Below, one piece after another: positions 55,753-64,000 of a stretch of DNA of 64,000 nt. A model generated the notes under the pieces. That model did no database searches. It was given only the letters and a program-made list of their open reading frames with translations, and was not told the DNA's origin. Origin of the DNA: Eledone cirrhosa (lineage: Eukaryota); the NCBI GenBank assembly GCA_964016885.1, contig OZ024743.1, forward strand, positions 322,462,001 through 322,526,000. The letters run 5' to 3'. A program made the position numbers and the translations under genes. Numbering within the stretch: the stretch's first letter is position 1; each line of letters begins with the position of its first letter.

Positions 55753-55760
<8 letters not shown>
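55040..55760 (+). mobile_element. 1.4 tandem copies (516-bp period) of the non-coding family seen at 50068
   Basis: ctctttgttgttctcctgtctcactcgctttacgcg... occurs at 55046 and 55562. Confidence 0.75.
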
Positions 55761-55841
<81 letters not shown>

Positions 55842-56155
55842 AATGCATATATATATAGGTTGAAAAAAATGAAAACGAAATTTCATTTCTCACTCTTAGT
55901 ATGGCACTTACTTAAATGCAAGTATGTATGTATACGTACATACATATATGCATACAGACGTACAGTAGCATGCATATATATATATATATATATATATACA
56001 TACACACATGCATATATGTACGCATCAGTTTAGCCGACGTTTATTATAACGCCGGCCGCTTTGTTCGTTTGTTTGTCAACAAACCGAACAGCCTGAATTT
56101 ATGCCATACGGTGTTAAGGCAACCACGTCACCTTTTTGTTCAACACTGACACAGG

Positions 56156-56200
56156 AACGATGTACTAGTTTCAAGCTTGTTAGCTATCATCAGCACCGTT
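56156..56200 (-). ncRNA. Type I hammerhead
   Basis: Reverse complement reads AACGGTG CTGATGA TAGCT-AACA-AGCTT GAAA CTAG TA CATCGTT. Confidence 0.8.
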
Positions 56201-56438
56201 TACCCATCTGCCAGATAGTTGAACGTTCGAAAGTATATACTTTCCTTATGAAAATTAACGGCTGAGCAGCCTAATTTGCATATTGAGTGAGTTAAATCGG
56301 TCAGGCATACCGAAAACGATAAGTTGAAAAAAATGAAAACGAAATTTCATTTCTCACTCTTAGTATGGCACTTACTTAAATGTAAGTATGTATGTATACG
56401 TACATACATATATGTATACAGACGTACAGTAGCATGCA

Positions 56439-56512
<74 letters not shown>

Positions 56513-56579
56513 CACACATGCACACAGGTACACATACATATATGCACGCATCAGTTTAGCCTGTGTGCATGTGTGTGTG

Positions 56580-56619
<40 letters not shown>

Positions 56620-56692
56620 TGCTACTGTACGTCTGTATACATATATGTATGTACGTATACATACATACTTACATATATATATACATAAATAC

Positions 56693-56742
<50 letters not shown>

Positions 56743-56925
56743 TTACATATATATGTATATATTTATATACATATATACATATATATATACATATTTACAT
56801 ATATATATGTATATATATGTATATATATATTACATATTTACATGTATATATATCTATCTATATATATATATATACGCATATATACATATATCTATACATA
56901 TATATACATATATACATATATCTAT

Positions 56926-56970
<45 letters not shown>

Positions 56971-57243
56971 ATATATATAAACGGAAAAAATGAAACGAAA
57001 TTTCATTTCCCACTCTTAGTACGGCTGTTACTTAAATATAAGTATGTACACGTACATACATATATGTATACAGAGGTACAGTAGTATGTATATATATACA
57101 TACATGCACACATATATATATATGTACGTATGGATTCACCGAACATTTATTATAATGCTCGGTGTGTTTGTAAACAAACATCCCGTATTAAGCCGTAGTG
57201 TCCAGCAACCATTGTTGCTCGTTTGTTCAACACTGACAAAGGA

Positions 57244-57286
57244 ACGCTGTACTAGTTTCAAGCTTATTATCTATCGTCAGCAACGT
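57244..57286 (-). ncRNA. Type I hammerhead
   Basis: Reverse complement reads ACGTTG CTGACGA TAGAT-AATA-AGCTT GAAA CTAG TA CAGCGT. Confidence 0.7.
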
Positions 57287-57482
57287 ATACCTTTCTGTCA
57301 GATGATTGAACGTTTGAAAATATATACTTACCTTATGCATATTAACGGCTGAGAAGCCCAATTTGCATATCGAGTGGGTTAATCGGCCGGGTGCACCGAA
57401 AACGATATGCAAATTGGGCTTCTCAGCCGTTAATATGCATAAGGTAAGTATATACGTTCAACAATCTGACAGGAAATTATAC

Positions 57483-57521
57483 GTTGCTGACGATAGCTAA
57501 TAAGCTTGAAACTAGTACAGC
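57483..57521 (+). ncRNA. Type I hammerhead (inverted copy)
   Basis: GTTG CTGACGA TAGCT-AATA-AGCTT GAAA CTAG TA CAGC. Confidence 0.75.
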
Positions 57522-57756
57522 ATTCCTTTGTCAGTGTTGAACAAACGAGCAACAATGATTGCTAGACACTACGGCTTAATATGGGATGTTTGTTTACAAA
57601 CACACCGAGCATTATAATAAATGTTCAGTGAATCCATACGTACATATATATATATATGTGTGCATGTATGTATATATATATATACATACTACTGTACGTC
57701 TGTATACATATATGTATGTACGTGTACATACTTATATATATATATATATATATATA

Positions 57757-58337
57757 CAAATTTTAGTACTGCATTAACTCAGGAAAAGATTTTAGACTGA
57801 CCTGGACAAAACGGTGAGACTGAATGCAAAATATATAATGCATATCGTATAGCACACGATATACATCACATACAGCACACAACATCAGCGCTAGGTTTCT
57901 GCAAATCCAAGATCGATAAATTCCGCTTGCAGGGGTCTGCAAGTTAATGGTTTTTGACGACAGAACAAAGGATTTCCTTCTTCAGCAAGTCTTGTGTTCT
58001 TTAGTCTCTGCGGGTATGCTCTAGCATTAAAATTCGCTATAGACACGTGGTTTTCTCCAAGGGAGGTAACCCCCTCTTTGGCGGTGAATTCCAATTTGAG
58101 ACAAAGGAATGAATTCCTTTAGACAAACCGAATTAAGCACTCAACCAGAAGTTATCAAACAAACATAAACAATTAATCAATCAATAGAATCGTCTAATTA
58201 AATTAATCAGTTAATCGTTAATTCTAGGAGTAAAATACAAATTTTAGTACAGCATTAACGAAGCTTTAGTTCGCGGCCAAGCTAACGAATGCAAATTCGG
58301 TATGTAGCTTTAGCACTCGGATGGGGAAAAATACCCC
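57757..58337 (+). repeat. Unclassified microsatellite-flanked element with a terminal direct repeat; its end is also present at 53318-53410
   Basis: caaattttagtac(t/a)gcattaac occurs near 57757 and 58238. 58240-58330 is near-identical to 53318-53410. Confidence 0.6.
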
Positions 58338-58352
58338 ATATATATATATATG

Positions 58353-58398
<46 letters not shown>

Positions 58399-58423
58399 TA
58401 TATTTATATATATATATATATAT

Positions 58424-58476
<53 letters not shown>

Positions 58477-58495
58477 TACATATATATATTTATAC

Positions 58496-58530
<35 letters not shown>

Positions 58531-58556
58531 CATATATTCATATATATATACATATA

Positions 58557-58602
<46 letters not shown>

Positions 58603-59205
58603 CATATATACTACACAGATATATGTGTGTGTTATGTATGTACGCATGTAGGTATGTATACATACAACACTACACACAGATATAACACAACACAAACAGC
58701 TCTTCCAATGGTTGAAACTCTTAACAAAGTAAGTCTGAAACTGAAGTGAGTGAAGGGCACACCAGGCAGTAATAACTGTGGAAATTTCGTGTGAGAGACG
58801 CGTGAGAAAGGTGAAATGTTTAAGGAAGAAAGTTTTTGATTAGATCATATATATGAACGATTTGAGAAGATAAGCAGCTTCTTAGCTTCTGCTTGTCTGA
58901 GTACTTACTTGCCAGCTCCTTCACATTTACGGATATATCTAGTTAGAGTAATTTGATAAAACATGTGCACAAATATTTATTGTGTTTGTTATTATTTTTA
59001 TTATTTGTGTGTGTGTGTGTTGTGTTGTGTTGTGTTGTGTTGTGTTGTATTGCATATATATATATATATATATATACATATATATATGTATGTGTTGTGT
59101 GTGTGTGTGTGTACATATATATATATACATTTATTAAAATAACAGATTAAAGTTTAAGTTCTATAAAAGGCACGCCAACGCAACCTTTATATATATATAT
59201 ATATG

Positions 59206-59622
<417 letters not shown>

Positions 59623-59633
59623 GTATAGAAATT

Positions 59634-60010
59634 TCGTATTTCTAAAGAAATACGGTTTTAGGAAGCCGTAGCTATGCAAACACAGGGGGACTAACGCCCT
59701 CTCGTGGTGTCCTGCAGAAGCAAGGGGGACAACTATCTATACATTTCAGGCTTGACTGGCCTTCGTCAGGACGGTCCCTCCCACCGCTTGCGACTGCTGG
59801 ACTTGAAAACAGTCGCGGAGTGGGGGTGTCCTAACGAGGGCCAGTCAAGTCTGAAATGCATAGATGGTTGTCCTCCTTGCTTCTGCTGCCCCCCCCCCCC
59901 AATCCTCCGGTGTTTGCATAGCTACGGCTTCCTAAAATCGTATTTCTTTAGAAATACGATACATATTGTATAAAGCTATGCTTGAAGCGAAATCTTATTT
60001 CTTTTATGCA
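59634..60010 (+). mobile_element. Older PLE-type fold-back plus tail, with a hammerhead in each arm (59735-59772 -, 59828-59865 +)
   Basis: Imperfect inverted repeat 59634-59959. Minus arm reads GTC CTGACGA AGGC-CAGTCAA-GCCT GAAA TGTA TA GAT. The plus arm has CTAACGA (G5A). Confidence 0.75.
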
Positions 60011-60042
60011 CACACACACACATACATATATGTATATATATG

Positions 60043-60149
<107 letters not shown>

Positions 60150-60253
60150 ATCAAGGTCTAGCAAATAGAGAAAAAGTTTTAAAATAAATTTTTAAAAATT
60201 CGCTGTACTTATTATATGTGCCTTTACCGCGGTTTCAAGTATATATATATATA

Positions 60254-60288
<35 letters not shown>

Positions 60289-60289
60289 G

Positions 60290-60393
<104 letters not shown>

Positions 60394-60825
60394 TGTGTGT
60401 GTGTGTGAATGAAAAATGGCGTGCTGCGTTGTTGCGAATATGAAAATATGAATGAAAATAGACCGAGAAACAGGAATGTCCATCATCAGTAGTCTGCTGA
60501 TTTTCATTGGTATTTCTTTGCATTAAAGACTAGATACCTAAAATCAGTGCGAGCGATAACTAAATTAAGTTATCGGGACAGAGGAAAGTAAACAAACAAA
60601 TGGAAGTAATGCAACGTAAAGAGAGGAAAAGAGAGACAAGTCAATGAATGTTGTGGGCTTAAGTCCGACAAATCAAATGACGAGAAGAAACTATATATAT
60701 ATATATATATACATGTTTATCCCGGTTCAATCGGGGATAACCACAGTAAGTAAGGTAGCAGAGTATAAATATTTAATTTAATTTAGAAATGGCTTCTACA
60801 GGACTAGAGAGAGAGAGAGAGAGAA

Positions 60826-60950
60826 CGTCGGATGGAATTCTTTATGGTATTCATTCCGGCTTTCTGAGTTCAAATCCCACCGAGGTCAACTTTGCCTTTC
60901 ATCCTTGCGATGTAGATAAAAAAAGTACCAGTCTAGTACTCGGGTCGATT
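60826..60950 (+). mobile_element. Partial SINE
   Basis: tctgagttcaaatcccaccgaggtcaactttgcctttcatcct, same family as 33526. Confidence 0.75.
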
Positions 60951-61299
60951 CTCCCTCTGTCTGGAAGAAAGCTGGTGTACTCAGGCCAGGCTTAAAATGC
61001 TCAGGAAACGGCATATGTCAATACGGCGTCCCTACGTCTCTATCAGGAGTTACGGGACCATACCGTACCTGTATATATATGACAGATTCATACACACATA
61101 TGTACATATATTTAATATATATATAATCTGCCTTGGTGGCCCTTGAAATATGTATAATGAAATAAATATGGTTTTATAAATATAGTTTCCATTTGTTAAT
61201 ATAATATATTGTATATTTACTCCAATAATTTGTTGAGTGCTTTATATCAGTTATAAAAATATTTTGCTTGTTGTATCCCAACAAATTAAATATAACCTC

Positions 61300-61376
<77 letters not shown>

Positions 61377-61639
61377 CAGATCCATATATATATGTACACA
61401 CATACTTAAAAACACATACATGGGTGTATGCGTGCGTGTGCGTGTGTGTGTGTGTGTGTAGGATATCTGTAGATAAAAGGCCAAGGAAACCAATGCTCAA
61501 TCTAGTACAAGAGAGCTTTCTCCTGACGAGGGTGACCAGTTTTAGAATTATATATAACCTGACCCACATGTTGAGTGTATGTAATTTAATGACTACCATT
61601 GAGCATGGGATTTGCACATAGATAGTTCCCCTAGGAGGC

Positions 61640-61890
61640 ACAAGTTTGAGTAAGGTTGTGGAAAACCAGCAGACGCCCATGCATACCAGTCTCCCCTCTC
61701 CACGCCACCAAATGTTGTCCAAGAGAAAAGGCAATAACCGATACAACTTGGCACCAGTGACGTCACAACTCATTTTTACAGTTGAGAAACTGGAGAAACA
61801 TGAAATAAAATGTCTTGCTCAAGGACTCAACGCATCACCCGGTCCGAGAATCGAACTCACAATCTCTCTCTAACCACTGAGCCATGCGCC
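61640..61890 (-). mobile_element. tRNA-derived SINE (second family)
   Basis: Minus strand reads GGCGCATGGCTCAGTGGTTAG...GAGTTCGATTCTCGGACCGG...GTTGAGTCCTTGAGCAAGACA. The left boundary is approximate. Confidence 0.7.
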
Positions 61891-62214
61891 TTCACACTCA
61901 CACGCGCACACCTGATTGTATTTATCGTTGTTGTGGTTCAAACTATGGCCACATTTATTTGCTCGCTTTATTTCTTGGTGTCACACTTTCTTTAACTTTG
62001 TGTTTACTCTGGACGGAAATGGATCAACTTTACGCACCATTGAGTGCTTTGTAACTGCCTCAAACAATTCGATTGGTATCTGCTATATTTATACCTATTA
62101 TATGTAATTGCTGGCCTTGTGCCAATAGTAGAAACAATTATATGTATATATATATATACCTATACATACATATGTATACACACACACATATATATATATG
62201 TATATATATATGTG

Positions 62215-63090
<876 letters not shown>

Positions 63091-63096
<6 letters not shown>

Positions 63097-64000
63097 AATT
63101 CATCAAAGCTGGAGCTGAAGCAATTATCAAAGCACTTCAACATCTCTTTAACTGTATTATCACTACAGGAAAAAGCCAGACATGTTCAAGAAAGCATTAA
63201 TAGTTGTACTCTACAAAAAAGGTAGCAGACTTGATTGTGGGAACTATCATCCTGTCAGCTTACTGAGTCACGTTTACAAGCTTTTCATGATTATCATTGC
63301 ACACGAGTGAAGTCAGGCCTTTACGCCTCATGGCCTGAAACACAAGCTGCGTATCAACCTAGAAGAGGCACCATTGAATAGATCCTAGCTATTGAACAAA
63401 TCATTGAGAAATCAATAGAACTCAACAACACTGTGCACATCACCTTCATTGACTTCACAAAAGCTTTTGACAAGGTGAAACTACCCGGCTTGTGGCAACT
63501 CTTAAACAAAACCTCAATAAACAAAAAGTACATCAACTTATTGAAAGTAACTTACACCAACTCAACAGCATATATCAAGACAGATTTGGGAACTACATGG
63601 TGTATACACATGTTGAAGGGAGTTAAGCAAGGGGGAGGGTGTACTATCAGTACTTCTTTTCTGTATACTTATAGCTGCACTTATCTACCAAACTGAAGAA
63701 GAATGCTCCTCTGGTTATCAAATAGGAAGTAAAATCCTATCAAATCTTAGCTATGCAGACGATCTGGCCATCATGAGTTACTCTAGGACTGATCAGCAAG
63801 ACTTTCTGAATGTACTGGCCAAACATTCGCTGGAGGCTGGCTTACATATCAACATCTCCAAAACAAAATGTATGACAACTGATAAAAACAATGCCAATCT
63901 CCATCTCACGATCTACAACCAGCAAATTGCTCAAGTTACGGAGTCTGTATATCTCGGTCACAAACTATCATCAAACAACAATGGAATGGTGGCTGCGCAA
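63091..64000 (+). mobile_element. RT segment of the same LINE (decayed, runs off the window)
   Basis: SEFIKAG, LYKKG..DCGNYHPVSLLS..YKLF, FIDFTKAFDKV, KGVKQG, YADDL, GLHINISKTKCM and VYLG. Confidence 0.88.

Larger units (their letters stand above)
55859..57735 (-). mobile_element. Cluster of non-coding hammerhead-bearing units of about 464 bp in direct and inverted arrangement (retrozyme-like / non-autonomous PLE)
   Basis: Unit start gttgaaaaaaatgaaaacgaaatttc occurs at 55859 and 56323, with a variant at 56984 and an inverted copy at 57407-57735. No ORF. Confidence 0.75.

Noticed and set aside
59686-59716. HDV-like ribozyme loop (GCC CTCTCGT GGT)
   Set aside because: No consistent P1/P2/P4 could be built, so a simple hairpin explains it.

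Overview
This is eukaryotic DNA, most likely an octopus or other cephalopod (inferred from the SINE family and the very dense TA/CA microsatellites). It contains no prokaryotic genes or CRISPR. Bases 1-28367 are one uninterrupted array of a 49-bp satellite (about 580 monomers) with several kb-scale higher-order domains. Each monomer carries a consensus splice-donor motif on the minus strand, and the array ends exactly at a candidate exon/donor junction. Bases 28.4-64 kb are a retroelement graveyard set in microsatellites: tRNA-derived SINEs, decayed RTE/RTE-X, CRE and R4-type LINE pieces, and many Penelope-like element (PLE) insertions. The PLEs include one young 5'-truncated RT+GIY-YIG copy with about 710-bp inverted pseudo-LTRs, two other GIY-YIG remnants, and many short hairpin-plus-tail insertions. 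Reading the hairpins by eye gave about 18 type I hammerhead ribozyme motifs from about 10 families. Three unrelated families replace the canonical CUGANGA core with a compensated UUGANAA (U3:A8) core. There are also non-coding, hammerhead-bearing tandem units of about 0.5 kb (retrozyme-like), and an RTE-type LINE with a twin-priming-style 5' inversion. All folds and family assignments were made by eye and were not computed.
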